DNA from: Escherichia coli
GTDB lineage: Bacteria > Pseudomonadota > Gammaproteobacteria > Enterobacterales > Enterobacteriaceae
Assembly: GCF_045037415.1 (NCBI RefSeq)
Contig: NZ_CP173438.1
Length of the DNA stretch: 64,000 nt
Reading direction: 5' to 3' (one strand)
Shown here: positions 54,695 to 64,000 of the stretch, piece after piece
How the letters are laid out: each line of letters opens with the position of its first letter
Numbering within the stretch: the stretch's first letter is position 1
Made by a program: the position numbers and the translations under genes
The notes under the pieces: generated by a model
What the model saw: the letters and a program-made list of their open reading frames with translations, nothing else
Database searches by the model: none
What the model was told of the DNA's origin: nothing

Positions 54695-55287
54695 CTGGTG
54701 TCACTCGTCAGGTCGGTACGGTCAGTGCCGTTGATGCCGACAGGGTTCAGGCCCGCGTTCGTCTGCCTGAATGCGATAACCTGCGCACAAACTGGCTTAA
54801 CGTGCTGCAGCGCAATACCCAGGATAACAAAGATTACTGGCTCCCTGACGTGGGGGAGCAGGTTGAGGTGCTGCTCGATGCCAACGGCGAGGATGGTGTT
54901 ATTCTGGGCGCGGTGTATTCAGACGTCGATAAACCACCGTTCAGTGACAAAAATATCCGGGGAACCCGGTTTGCTGATGGTGCAGAGTACAGCTACAACC
55001 GGAAGACGCACACTCTGATCATCCGGGGCGGCATTGAGCATATTGTCATTGAGTGTGGTGCTGATGTGGTATTGAAAACACAGAAAGCCACGATTGACGC
55101 ACCGGAAACCGAACTTACCGGAGATCTGCGTGTCAGGGGTAAGCTGATTTACGAAGGAGGCATGGCGGGTTCTGGTGGTGAAGGTGTTACCGCGACCATC
55201 CATGGCAATATCGAGATTAAAGGGAATGTCCATGCCACGGGCAGTATGTTGTCTGATGGCGAAAACTCCAGCCACCACTCCCACTGA
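54691..55287 (+). CDS. Baseplate spike protein (gpV-like)
   Basis: 198 aa; Gly-rich C-terminal region; position between hub and W-like gene. Confidence 0.55.
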   Translation: MTGVTRQVGTVSAVDADRVQARVRLPECDNLRTNWLNVLQRNTQDNKDYWLPDVGEQVEVLLDANGEDGVILGAVYSDVDKPPFSDKNIRGTRFADGAEYSYNRKTHTLIIRGGIEHIVIECGADVVLKTQKATIDAPETELTGDLRVRGKLIYEGGMAGSGGEGVTATIHGNIEIKGNVHATGSMLSDGENSSHHSH

Positions 55288-55341
55288 GCTTTTTAAACGC
55301 CTTTAATATCAGCGTTCCCGCACGGGGGCAATACTGCCCCC

Positions 55342-55689
55342 ATGAAAACAACCTCAGTATTCTGGCAACCAGCCCTGCAGGCTCCCGGCGAAATTGTCCG
55401 GGGGCTGGATGATATCCGGCAGGCGATTCAAATTATCCTGCGGACTCCCCGCGGCAGCGACCCGCATCGCCCGGAGTTCGGCAGCAATCTGCATCTTTAT
55501 ATCGACTGGCCTGTAGACCGGGCCATTCCGCATGTGGTGCGCGAATCCGTCGATGCCATCCGGCGCTGGGAGCCCCGCTGCCAGCTTATGTCAGTTAAAC
55601 CCGCCGTCGACGGCGAACATCTTACGCTCCGGGTGAGCTGGAAAGGCTCAGACGGACAGACCCGGACTCAGGAGCTGCTATGGCGCTGA
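55342..55689 (+). CDS. Baseplate wedge protein (gpW/gp25-like)
   Basis: 115 aa; precedes J-like gene. Confidence 0.5.
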   Translation: MKTTSVFWQPALQAPGEIVRGLDDIRQAIQIILRTPRGSDPHRPEFGSNLHLYIDWPVDRAIPHVVRESVDAIRRWEPRCQLMSVKPAVDGEHLTLRVSWKGSDGQTRTQELLWR

Positions 55690-56783
55690 CAGAACCCGAT
55701 TTTATTGAACGCGATGCCGACAAAATCACGGCAGAAATGATTGCGAAGTATGAAGCGGATACCGGCAAAACGCTGTACCCGGCACAGGCAGAACGTCTGC
55801 TGATTGATCTGTGGGCCTATCGCGAAATGCTGGTCAGGGTTGCGGTACAGGAGGCAGCAAAGCAGAATCTGGTCGCCTTTGCCCGTGAGCCGATGATTGA
55901 TTACCTCGGTGAACTGGTCGGTGTATACCGTCTTGCCGCGCAGCCTGCCACCACCACGCTCCAGTTCTCCGTAGATGAGGCACTGGCCATTGATGTGCTG
56001 ATCCCGGCAGGCACCCGCGTCAGCGCTTCCGACAGCGTTATTTTTGCCACCGATACAGATGTGGTACTGAAGGCCGGATTGCTGCTGGTCAATGTCACGG
56101 CCACCTGTACCGAACCCGGTACCGCTGGTAACGGCTGGCAACCTGCGCAGGTCAGTCAGTTACTCGATGAGATTGATAACGTTAACCTGCTGGTGAGCAA
56201 TCTGATGGCCAGTTCCGGCGGTTCAGAACAGGAAGACGATGACAGGCTCCGGGAGCGTATCAGGCTGGCCCCGGAGTCATTCACCAATGCCGGAAGCCGT
56301 GGCGCATACCGCTTTCATGCCATGCAGGCCCATCCCAACATTGTCGATGTTGCTGTGCTTTCCCCGGTTCCCGGGACCGTAGATCTGTATCCGCTGCTCA
56401 GTACCGGTCTGCCGGACGGCGGTGTTCTCACGCTGGTAGAGAGTTTCTGCTCTGATGAGAAAGTCAGGCCACTCACTGATACAGTGCGGGCTAAAACACC
56501 AGTGAAGGTGGATTACACCATTGAAGCCAGGATTACGATCTATCGTGATCAGGATGCCAGGTCTGTAAAAGATGCCGCTAACAGCGCCATACAGAACTGG
56601 GTGGCATCACGTGCCGCCACGCTGGGGCGCGATATTGTCCCCAGCCAGATTATCAGTGCATTGTCCGTTTCCGGGGTGTACCAGGTTGAACTGGTGACAC
56701 CGGCACTGCGGGTGGTGGCAGAAAACGAATGGGCAAACTGTACGGCAATCACTCTTAACATGACTGGAGTGTCTGATGACTGA
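55680..56783 (+). CDS. Baseplate J-like protein
   Basis: 367 aa; canonical W-J-I order. Confidence 0.65.
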   Translation: MALTEPDFIERDADKITAEMIAKYEADTGKTLYPAQAERLLIDLWAYREMLVRVAVQEAAKQNLVAFAREPMIDYLGELVGVYRLAAQPATTTLQFSVDEALAIDVLIPAGTRVSASDSVIFATDTDVVLKAGLLLVNVTATCTEPGTAGNGWQPAQVSQLLDEIDNVNLLVSNLMASSGGSEQEDDDRLRERIRLAPESFTNAGSRGAYRFHAMQAHPNIVDVAVLSPVPGTVDLYPLLSTGLPDGGVLTLVESFCSDEKVRPLTDTVRAKTPVKVDYTIEARITIYRDQDARSVKDAANSAIQNWVASRAATLGRDIVPSQIISALSVSGVYQVELVTPALRVVAENEWANCTAITLNMTGVSDD

Positions 56784-57354
56784 GCCATTACAACTCCCGC
56801 CACCGCTTGAGGGTGATATCAGTCTCAGGACGCTGGGAAGACTGGCAGGACGGCTGGATAACATCGACCTGAGCGTACTGATGGTCTTTCTCGTCGATAT
56901 CGTCGACAGTTCCGCGCTGCCATGGCTGGGCGAGCAGTTCTCACTGTCTGGCGATGGCTGGGAGCTGGCGGAATCGGACGATGTTCGCCGCATGCTTATA
57001 AAAGCAGCCATCGAACTGCACCGGTATAAAGGGACGCCGTGGTCAATCCGGGAAGTTATCCGCCGTTTTGGCTTTGGTGAAGTGGATCTGATTGAAGGCA
57101 CAGGTCGTCTCAGTTACGACGGCAATCGCAGCTATAACGGACTGTTTGTTCATGGAGATGCAGCCGCCTGGGCAGTTTATCGCGTTATTCTGAAACAGCC
57201 CATTACTAACGATCAGGCCGCGATGCTGCGTCAGACGCTGGCTGCATTTGCACCGGCCCGCTGCCATCTGGCCAGCCTGGAGTATCAGTCTGTGGCCATT
57301 CGCTATAACAATACCGCCATCCATGATGGCAGTTATAACCACGGGAGCAGTTGA
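56776..57354 (+). CDS. Baseplate/tail protein (gpI-like)
   Basis: 192 aa; overlaps J-like stop and fibre start. Confidence 0.5.
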   Translation: MTEPLQLPPPLEGDISLRTLGRLAGRLDNIDLSVLMVFLVDIVDSSALPWLGEQFSLSGDGWELAESDDVRRMLIKAAIELHRYKGTPWSIREVIRRFGFGEVDLIEGTGRLSYDGNRSYNGLFVHGDAAAWAVYRVILKQPITNDQAAMLRQTLAAFAPARCHLASLEYQSVAIRYNNTAIHDGSYNHGSS

Positions 57355-58688
57355 TTATGGGAAACCTGAATGAAACAGAAAAGTGGGAAGAAAATATCTA
57401 TCAACTGGAGACATCAGATCCGGTTCTGGGTGGTGCAGACGGGATATCAAATCGAGCCCCCCGGCAACTGGCAAACAGGACGAAATGGCTGAAGAAGAAA
57501 ACGGAGGAAGCCGCACAGTCACTGGCTGAACACGTACGTTCCCGTAACCACCCGGACGCGACACTGACAGCTAAGGGGTTCACCCAACTGAGCAGTGCCA
57601 CCAACAGCACCTCTGAAACGCTGGCCGCCACACCAAAAGCGGTCAAGGCTGCATACGACCTGGCAGCCGGCAAGGCGCCTGCCAGCCACACTCACCCGTG
57701 GAGTCAGATAACGGGAGTGCCTGCGGCTTCACTGACGGCAAAAGGCACCGTACAACTGAGCAGCGCCACGGACAGTCAATCAGAAACTGAGGCTGCCACG
57801 CCGAAGGCGGTCAAGGCTGCATACGACCTTGCAGCCGGCAAGGCGCCCGTCAGCCACACTCACCCGTGGAGTCAGATAACGGGAGTGCCTGCTGCCTCGC
57901 TGACGGCAAAAGGCACCGTACAATTGAGCAGTGCCATCAACAGCACGTCTGAAATACTGGCCGCCACACCGAAAGCGGTCAAGGCTGCATACGATCTGGC
58001 AAACGGAAAACAACCGGCAGATGCCACGCTCACTGCTCTGGCAGGACTTGCCACTGCAGCAGATCGGTTGCCTTATTTTACCGGAGCAGACCGCGCAGAG
58101 CTGGCAACCCTTACAGCTATTGGTCGCGCTATTATCGCTAAGGGCAGTATAAAAGATGTCCTCAATTACCTTGGTTTAGGAGAAGGCTCGGCGCTACCCG
58201 TTGGTGTGCCTGTTCCGTGGCCCACCGCCACACCGCCAGCAGGCTGGTTAAAGTGCGACGGGCGCGCCTTTACAAAAGAACAATATCCTGTTCTGGCCAG
58301 AGTCTACCCGACCCTCCGTCTTCCCGATTTACGCGGTGAGTTTATCCGTGGATGGGACGACGGGCGCAAAGTTGATACAGGACGTAAGTTGCTGTCCGCA
58401 CAAGGGGCAACGCTGTTAAGAACAGCAATGCTGGATTATTATAACCAGGACACTACGGGAACCTCGGGGATAGTCGGCATGGGATTCAACAATGAAGATT
58501 CCATTACAGACCTTCGTGAGGGCAGCTTTAAAATGCCGGACGGGACAACATTCAGCGATCCTGTCGTGGCAATGTCAGACAATGGTATGCAGGCTACTAT
58601 TCTGACCTCTATCAGAAGCGGGTATGCGAAGGGTATCACTGTCAGACCCCGTAGCATTGCACTTAATTACATTGTGAGGGCAGTTTAA
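57351..58688 (+). CDS. Tail fibre protein (constant N-terminal part fused to variable C-terminal cassette 1)
   Basis: 445 aa; three tandem fibre repeats (TAKG.QLSSAT.S.SE..AATPKAVKAAYDLA.GK); C-terminal part homologous to the two inverted cassettes. Confidence 0.8.
   Translation: MIMGNLNETEKWEENIYQLETSDPVLGGADGISNRAPRQLANRTKWLKKKTEEAAQSLAEHVRSRNHPDATLTAKGFTQLSSATNSTSETLAATPKAVKAAYDLAAGKAPASHTHPWSQITGVPAASLTAKGTVQLSSATDSQSETEAATPKAVKAAYDLAAGKAPVSHTHPWSQITGVPAASLTAKGTVQLSSAINSTSEILAATPKAVKAAYDLANGKQPADATLTALAGLATAADRLPYFTGADRAELATLTAIGRAIIAKGSIKDVLNYLGLGEGSALPVGVPVPWPTATPPAGWLKCDGRAFTKEQYPVLARVYPTLRLPDLRGEFIRGWDDGRKVDTGRKLLSAQGATLLRTAMLDYYNQDTTGTSGIVGMGFNNEDSITDLREGSFKMPDGTTFSDPVVAMSDNGMQATILTSIRSGYAKGITVRPRSIALNYIVRAV
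57561..58005 (+). repeat. Three tandem copies of about 50-aa tail-fibre repeat
   Basis: Protein-level repeat seen directly in the translation. Confidence 0.7.
58160..58185. other. Candidate invertase crossover site 1 (gix/hix-like)
   Basis: TCCTCAATTACC-TT-GGTTTAGGAGAA; right half-site complement TTCTCCTAAACC resembles Gin/Hin half-site TTCCTGTAAACC; at constant/variable junction of fibre gene. Confidence 0.55.
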
Positions 58689-59302
58689 TGAGTAACACTG
58701 CAGTTCTGGATGAAAACGGTATCGCCACTGTAGCGGGCGATATCACTGTATATCACTATGACGAGGAAACCCGGGAATACACCTCATCCTCTGTGGAGTA
58801 TCTCGCCCTTGGGGTGGGTACTCCGGCACATTCGTGCGCCGATGCACCGCCGGAAGCAATTTCGGGTTACGTGGTTTGCCGGACTGCCACGCTGAACGGG
58901 TGGGAGCATGTGCCTGATCACCGCGGCGAGACGGTATACAGCACGGAGAACGGTAACCCCGTTCTGATTACCCAACCGGGTGATTACCCGGCGGACACCA
59001 CCACAAAACAGCCAGCCACGCCATGGGATACCTGGAACGGTGAGGCGTGGGTAACCGATACTGAACGGCAGCGAGCCGCAGAACTGGAGGTTGCCAGACA
59101 GCAACGCCAGCAACGGGTGAAACAGGCGATGGCGTCCGTCGATCTTATCAACCTCAAACTGCGTGCTGGTCGCAGTCTGAAACCAGAAGAAACGGCAAAA
59201 CTGAACGCCGTGCTGGATTATATCGACGAGCTGAACGCACTGGATATCAGCAAGGCACCTGAAATCAGCTGGCCGGAAGCGCCACTGGCGCTTGCCGGCT
59301 GA
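58688..59302 (+). CDS. Tail fibre assembly protein (putative)
   Basis: 204 aa; ATGA-coupled to fibre stop. Confidence 0.5.
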   Translation: MSNTAVLDENGIATVAGDITVYHYDEETREYTSSSVEYLALGVGTPAHSCADAPPEAISGYVVCRTATLNGWEHVPDHRGETVYSTENGNPVLITQPGDYPADTTTKQPATPWDTWNGEAWVTDTERQRAAELEVARQQRQQRVKQAMASVDLINLKLRAGRSLKPEETAKLNAVLDYIDELNALDISKAPEISWPEAPLALAG

Positions 59303-59308
59303 ACGGTA

Positions 59309-59770
59309 TCACGCCGCCCTCACGATATAGTTAAATGCGATATTGCGGGGGCGAGCTGATACATAAGCCCACCAGTCATATCTTTGTGCACCTTTAGAGG
59401 ATGCATCAAATATCCACTTTTTGCCATTTAAGACCCCCAGTTGATTAGAGGTTAAAGCGTCACCAAATCCGTATTGTGTAGAGCCGAGCGAACTGATATC
59501 TCCGGTATCATTATCATCAAAACCGGATACGATAGTCCCTTCCTGAAATGAAAGTAGCGCACGCCCGGTATCAACCTTGCGACCACCGTCCCATCCACGG
59601 ATAAACTCACCGCGCAAATCGGGAAGACGGAGGGTCGGGTAGACTCTGACCAGAACAGGATATTGTTCTTTGGTGAACGTAGCTCCGTTGCACTGTAACC
59701 AGCCTGCTGGCGGTGTGGCGGTGGGCCATGGAACCGGTACACCAACAGGCAATGCAGAGCCTTCCCCCAA
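59309..59770 (-). CDS. Alternative tail-fibre C-terminal cassette 2 (inverted, promoterless)
   Basis: 153 aa; begins GEGSALPVGVPVPWPTATPPAGWL..., ends RPRNIAFNYIVRAA, both matching the resident fibre C-terminus; starts at crossover site 2. Confidence 0.6.
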   Translation of the reverse strand: MGEGSALPVGVPVPWPTATPPAGWLQCNGATFTKEQYPVLVRVYPTLRLPDLRGEFIRGWDGGRKVDTGRALLSFQEGTIVSGFDDNDTGDISSLGSTQYGFGDALTSNQLGVLNGKKWIFDASSKGAQRYDWWAYVSARPRNIAFNYIVRAA

Positions 59771-59787
59771 ACCAACGTTTCTATGCC
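59762..59787. other. Candidate invertase crossover site 2 (inverted relative to site 1)
   Basis: TTCCCCCAAACC-AA-CGTTTCTATGCC. Confidence 0.5.
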
Positions 59788-60209
59788 GCCCTTACGATGT
59801 AATTAAACGCAATGTTACGGGGACGAATGGTCACATAATTAACCCCATCGCCTCGCGAAGGACCTGCAAATGAAAAACGGGAGAATCCAGGTTGGTTGTC
59901 AACGATTTGGTCATAGTTATTGATTGAATGACCAGACCCAATGTCAAAATTACCTGCGTAATGAGAAAAACTTGTACCATCCTGCCGTGAAAGCAGATCG
60001 CGCCCTGTATCCACTTTTCGCCCGTCGTCCCATCCACGGATAAACTCACCGCGTAAATCGGGAAGACGGAGGGTCGGGTAGACTCTGGCCAGAACAGGAT
60101 ATTGTTCTTTTGTAAAGGCGCGCCCGTCGCACTTTAACCAGCCTGCTGGCGGTGTGGCAGTGGGCCACGGAACAGGTACACCAACGGGCAGCGCCGAGCC
60201 TTCCCCCAA
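59781..60209 (-). CDS. Alternative tail-fibre C-terminal cassette 3 (inverted, promoterless)
   Basis: 142 aa; first 70 residues nearly identical to the resident variable part; ends RPRNIAFNYIVRAA. Confidence 0.6.
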   Translation of the reverse strand: MGEGSALPVGVPVPWPTATPPAGWLKCDGRAFTKEQYPVLARVYPTLRLPDLRGEFIRGWDDGRKVDTGRDLLSRQDGTSFSHYAGNFDIGSGHSINNYDQIVDNQPGFSRFSFAGPSRGDGVNYVTIRPRNIAFNYIVRAA

Positions 60210-60227
60210 ACCAACGTTTATCTCTCA
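60202..60227. other. Candidate invertase crossover site 3 (same orientation as site 2)
   Basis: TTCCCCCAAACC-AA-CGTTTATCTCTC; immediately upstream of invertase gene. Confidence 0.5.
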
Positions 60228-60280
60228 AATCCTCCCCACATTATCTCAGTACTTTAACCACTCAAAAGGGAGTATTTTTA

Positions 60281-60853
60281 ATGCTGATTGGCTACATACG
60301 TGTGTCAACAAATGACCAAAACACAGATTTGCAACGCAATGCATTAATGTGCGCAGGATGTGAACAGATTTTTGAGGACAAAATGAGCGGAACCAAGTCG
60401 GAACGACCAGGCCTGAAACGCGCTTTAAAGTGCCTTAAAAGAGGGGATACATTGGTGGTCTGGAAGCTGGATCGGTTGGGTAGAAGAATGAAACACCTCA
60501 TTGCTCTCACAGAAGAGCTACGCGCAAAAGGTGTCAATTTTCGCAGTCTGACGGATTCAATCGATACCAGCACTCCGATGGGAAGGTTCTTTTTTCATAT
60601 GATGGGTGCACTGGCAGAAATGGAGCGTGAACTGATAGTTGAGCGCACGCTGGCTGGACTGGCTGCTGCGCGAGCACAAGGAAGAGTTGGAGGACGTCGC
60701 CCGAAACTGACGAAGGAGCAGCATGAGCAGATCGCAAGATTGCTCCAGAAAGGGTATGACAGAAAGCGGCTGGCAATTATCTATGATATTGGACTGTCAA
60801 CGATCTACCGCTATCACCCTGTTGGGACTGTCATAACGCAACCTGAAATGTAA
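60281..60853 (+). CDS. Serine-recombinase DNA invertase (Gin/Hin/Pin/Cin family)
   Basis: Within ORF 60152..60853; ATG at 60281 after SD aaaggga; N-terminal MLIGYIRVSTNDQNTDLQ with catalytic Ser; C-terminal HTH. Confidence 0.85.
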   Translation: MLIGYIRVSTNDQNTDLQRNALMCAGCEQIFEDKMSGTKSERPGLKRALKCLKRGDTLVVWKLDRLGRRMKHLIALTEELRAKGVNFRSLTDSIDTSTPMGRFFFHMMGALAEMERELIVERTLAGLAAARAQGRVGGRRPKLTKEQHEQIARLLQKGYDRKRLAIIYDIGLSTIYRYHPVGTVITQPEM

Positions 60854-60910
60854 TTCTTTTTCAAATAATGAAACGCCGCGTGGATGCCATTTATCGCACA
60901 AGATAGAGTG

Positions 60911-60931
60911 CATTTATCGCGCGGCGCATCA
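60911..60931 (-). repeat. Prophage right terminal inverted repeat (reverse complement TGATGCGCCGCGCGATAAATG)
   Basis: Ends in CA at 60931; a second GCGATAAATG-like motif at 60888..60897. Confidence 0.6.
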
Positions 60932-60937
60932 TTCTTC
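60932..60937. repeat. Right copy of target-site direct repeat (ttcttc), overlapping displaced ycaL start codon
   Basis: 60932..60939 reads ttcttcat; on minus strand this is ATG AAG AA, i.e. ycaL codons 1-3. Confidence 0.6.
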
Positions 60938-61108
60938 ATGTGAATCATCCGTTGATTAATTATATATAAACATTATGTATCAACAAGTTACATTGATAAT
61001 TAACGCTACCATTAATAAAAATACCCCACAAGGTCCGAAAAAAAACGCCGGCAATGTGCCGACGTCTTTGAAAAGAAAGGATTGTCTATGTTATCGCCCG
61101 TTATTCAT

Positions 61109-62393
61109 TCAGCCGGGTTGACTTATCCGCGCCAATTGCTCGAAATAGTCTGGAAAAGTTTTAGCGGTACATTTTGGATCAAGAATCGTCACAGGCGTAT
61201 CTGATAATGCGACCAGCGAGAAACACATCGCCATCCGGTGATCATTATAAGTGGCGATCTCAGCAAATTTCAGTTTTTCCGGTGGCGTAATGCGAATGAA
61301 ATCATGCCCCTCTTCGACTTCCGCACCGACTTTACGCAGTTCTGTTGCCATCGCAAACAGGCGATCGGTTCTCTTTAACACGCCAGTTATAGATATTGCG
61401 CAGCGTGGTGGTGCCTTTTGCAAATAACGCCGCGGTGGCAATGGTCATCGCCGCATCGGGAATATGGTTCATATCCATATCAATGGCGTTCAGTTCACCA
61501 CGCGTGCAGGAAATATAATCATCGCCCCAGCAAATGGTCGCGCCCATTTTTTCCAGAACATCAGCAAAGCGAATATCACCCTGCATACTGTTGCGTCCAA
61601 TGCCGGTCACTTTTACAGTGCCGCCTCTGATTGCTGCTGCTGCCAGGAAATAAGAAGCCGAAGATGCATCGCCTTCAACCAAATAAGTGCCCGGAGACTG
61701 GTAAGACTGCCCCCCTTTTACGACAAATTGTTGATAGTGCTGATTTTCAATTTCAACACCAAACGTCTTCATCAGATTGAGGGTGATATCGATATAAGGT
61801 TTAGAAACCAGATCGCCTTTAATACGAATCACCGTATCTTCCGGCGCAAGAGGCGCAGTCATTAACAGTGCGGTGAGGAACTGGCTGGAAACGGAGCCAT
61901 CAACATCAACGTTGCCGCCAGTAAAGCCGCCCTGTAAACGCAATGGCGGATAATTTTCTTGTTCCAGGTAAGTGATCTTCGCCCCGCCCTGGCGCAGCGC
62001 ATCCACCAGATGACCAATCGGGCGTTCTTTCATTCGCGGTTCACCGCTCAGTACAATATCATTGCTACCCAGGCAAAGTGCTGCCGCCAGCGGACGCATT
62101 GCCGTTCCGGCGTTACCGAGGAACAACTCCCGGGCACTTTCTGCGTGTAATGGACCACCGTTACCGATAATTTCGCAACGCGTACGATCGGCTGAAAGCG
62201 TATAGCTTACCCCTAACGCTGTTAATGCATTCAGCATATGGCGCACGTCATCGCTATCCAGCAGATTGGTTAATACTGTTTTGCCGTGTGCTAATGCCGC
62301 CAGCAATAAAGCGCGGTTAGAAACGCTCTTGGAACCGGGCAGATTAATAGTGCCATCGACACGAGCGATGGGTTGTAACGTTAGGGATTCCAT
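61109..62393 (-). pseudogene. aroA: aroA (EPSP synthase) with internal +1 frameshift
   Basis: N-terminal 353 codons (61332..62393) read ...NIYNWRVKE then go out of frame; AroA sequence resumes as [16 protein letters not shown]... in ORF 61109..61441. Consistent with a 1-bp insertion at the GGTT at 61367..61370. Confidence 0.75.
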
Positions 62394-62463
62394 GAACTCA
62401 ACTCTCTACAACAGAAATAAAAACCCCACAGGCTGGCTGTGGGGATTATGCAAAATTTCGACA

Positions 62464-63552
62464 TTAGCCGTGACGACGTTCGAACTCAACCATGAAGTCT
62501 GTCAGTGCTTTAACACCTTCCAGCGGCATGGCGTTATAAATAGACGCACGCATTCCGCCGACCACTCGGTGACCTTTCAGCGCATGTAAGCCCGCAGCGA
62601 AAGACTCTTCGAGGAACAATTTATCAAGCGCGCTATCCGCCAACTGGAACGGCACGTTCATCCGCGAACGGTTAGCTTTCGCCACATCATTGCGGTAGAA
62701 ATCGCTGTTATCAATCACCCCATACAGCAGTTCTGCTTTTTGCTGATTGATCTTATCCATTGCAGCCACACCGCCGTTCGCTTTCAGCCATTTGAAGACC
62801 AGGCCAGATAAGTACCAGGCAAATGTCGGCGGCGTGTTGAACATGGAATCGTTATCGTTGAGGATGGAGTAATCCAGAATCGATGGGCAGGCGATATTCG
62901 CTTTGCCCAGCAAATCTTCACGAACGATGACGATTGTCAGGCCAGCCGGGCCGATATTTTTCTGCGCGCCAGCGTAAATTACACCATAACGGCTGACATC
63001 AATCGGACGGGAAAGAATGGTTGAAGAGAAGTCAGCGGCGACCACCACGTCTTTACCGAAGTCTGGTGTTTCATCGATAGCGATACCATCGATGGTTTCG
63101 TTCGGGCAGTAATGCATATAAGCAGCATTATCAGAGAGTTGCCATTCACTCATTGGCTTAACTGCGCGAAGACCATCAACGGTCACTTTCGCATCAAACA
63201 CATTTGGTGTGCAGTATTTTTTCGCTTCTTTGATAGCACTTGCTGCCCAGTAACCCGCATCAACATAATCTGCAGTGGTTTTATCACCAAGAATATTCAA
63301 CGGTACTGCAGCAAATTGACCGCGACCACCGCCATGGCAGAACAATACTTTGTAGTTGGAGGGGACGTTAAGAAGATCGCGAAAATCCTTCTCGGCTTCC
63401 TCTGCAACCTGAATGAACTCTTTGCCACGGTGACTCACTTCCATCACCGACGTACCAAGACCGTTCCAGTCGCGCAGTTCCTGTTGAGCCTGTTTAAGCA
63501 CCTCTGCCGGTAGCATTGCCGGACCAGAACTAAAATTGAAGATTTGAGCCAT
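62464..63552 (-). CDS. serC: Phosphoserine aminotransferase SerC
   Basis: 362 aa; [26 protein letters not shown]; class V aminotransferase; serC-aroA order. Confidence 0.95.
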   Translation of the reverse strand: MAQIFNFSSGPAMLPAEVLKQAQQELRDWNGLGTSVMEVSHRGKEFIQVAEEAEKDFRDLLNVPSNYKVLFCHGGGRGQFAAVPLNILGDKTTADYVDAGYWAASAIKEAKKYCTPNVFDAKVTVDGLRAVKPMSEWQLSDNAAYMHYCPNETIDGIAIDETPDFGKDVVVAADFSSTILSRPIDVSRYGVIYAGAQKNIGPAGLTIVIVREDLLGKANIACPSILDYSILNDNDSMFNTPPTFAWYLSGLVFKWLKANGGVAAMDKINQQKAELLYGVIDNSDFYRNDVAKANRSRMNVPFQLADSALDKLFLEESFAAGLHALKGHRVVGGMRASIYNAMPLEGVKALTDFMVEFERRHG

Positions 63553-64000
63553 TTCCCCTCACCACGTTGCGTTGCTATTAACCCGCGGTCAATCGATTGC
63601 GACCACAGGTAATACATTATTCCAGTGGCTATCGGTTTTATCATTCAGTGACACACATCGCAATGAGTAAAACCGTTGAGGGCAAAAATGTGGCTTGCAT
63701 CACACAAAAGAATCTCTCGGATTATTAGCAAAAAGCCGATGTTTTTGCTGTCAGGTCACCCGTTTAGCTCGACTTGCCTTCGTCCATTCTGGATTTGCAC
63801 AGCGCGGACATAATTGTTTTTCCCCCGCGTTCATATGAATGATTTCACTGCAACGGATGCAGGCATAGTCCGCCGACTCCGGCACCACTTTGTAACGCTG
63901 AGTACAGTCACTGGGTAAAATAAGTAACCCCGGTTTCACCTTGTCATCTTCAAAGAAATAAACACTGATTTGCCCGTTGGTTTCGAGAATCGCCAGACGT

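Noticed and set aside
63751-64000. Minus-strand ORF upstream of serC with a C-terminal CxxC...CxxC motif, open beyond the window edge
   Set aside because: Could be the 3' end of a genuine upstream host gene, but I cannot verify identity or strand from memory and the window cuts it; left unannotated.

Overview
This window is an Escherichia coli-type core chromosome segment (gloC-mepK-ldtD-mukBEF-cmoM-elyC-ycbJ-kdsB-ycaR-ycaQ-lpxK-msbA-ycaI-ihfB-rpsA-cmk-ycaL ... aroA-serC, nearly all on the minus strand) interrupted by a ~37 kb Mu-like transposable prophage at about 23887..60931. The prophage has imperfect terminal inverted repeats (TGAT-N9-GATAAATG) and a 5-6 bp flanking direct repeat, and it sits inside the first codons of ycaL, separating the ycaL start codon and promoter (now at the right junction) from the gene body. 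It has a leftward early arm (ner, three extra genes, DDE transposase, MuB-like ATPase, Gam, small ORFs including a MazG-like protein, GemA-like, Mor-like), a rightward repressor, a four-ORF cargo module (Dam-like methyltransferase plus a P-loop protein), and a rightward late arm (lysis cassette with embedded Rz1, terminase, portal, head, sheath/tube, tape measure, baseplate, tail fibre) ending in a Gin-family DNA invertase. Main points of interest: the cargo module, which is the best candidate for an undescribed system; a three-site invertible tail-fibre cassette system with two orphan cassettes; a 261-bp tandem duplication in the tape measure gene; and a 1-bp frameshift in host aroA. All functional calls rest on motifs, gene order and recalled family signatures; no database search was possible.
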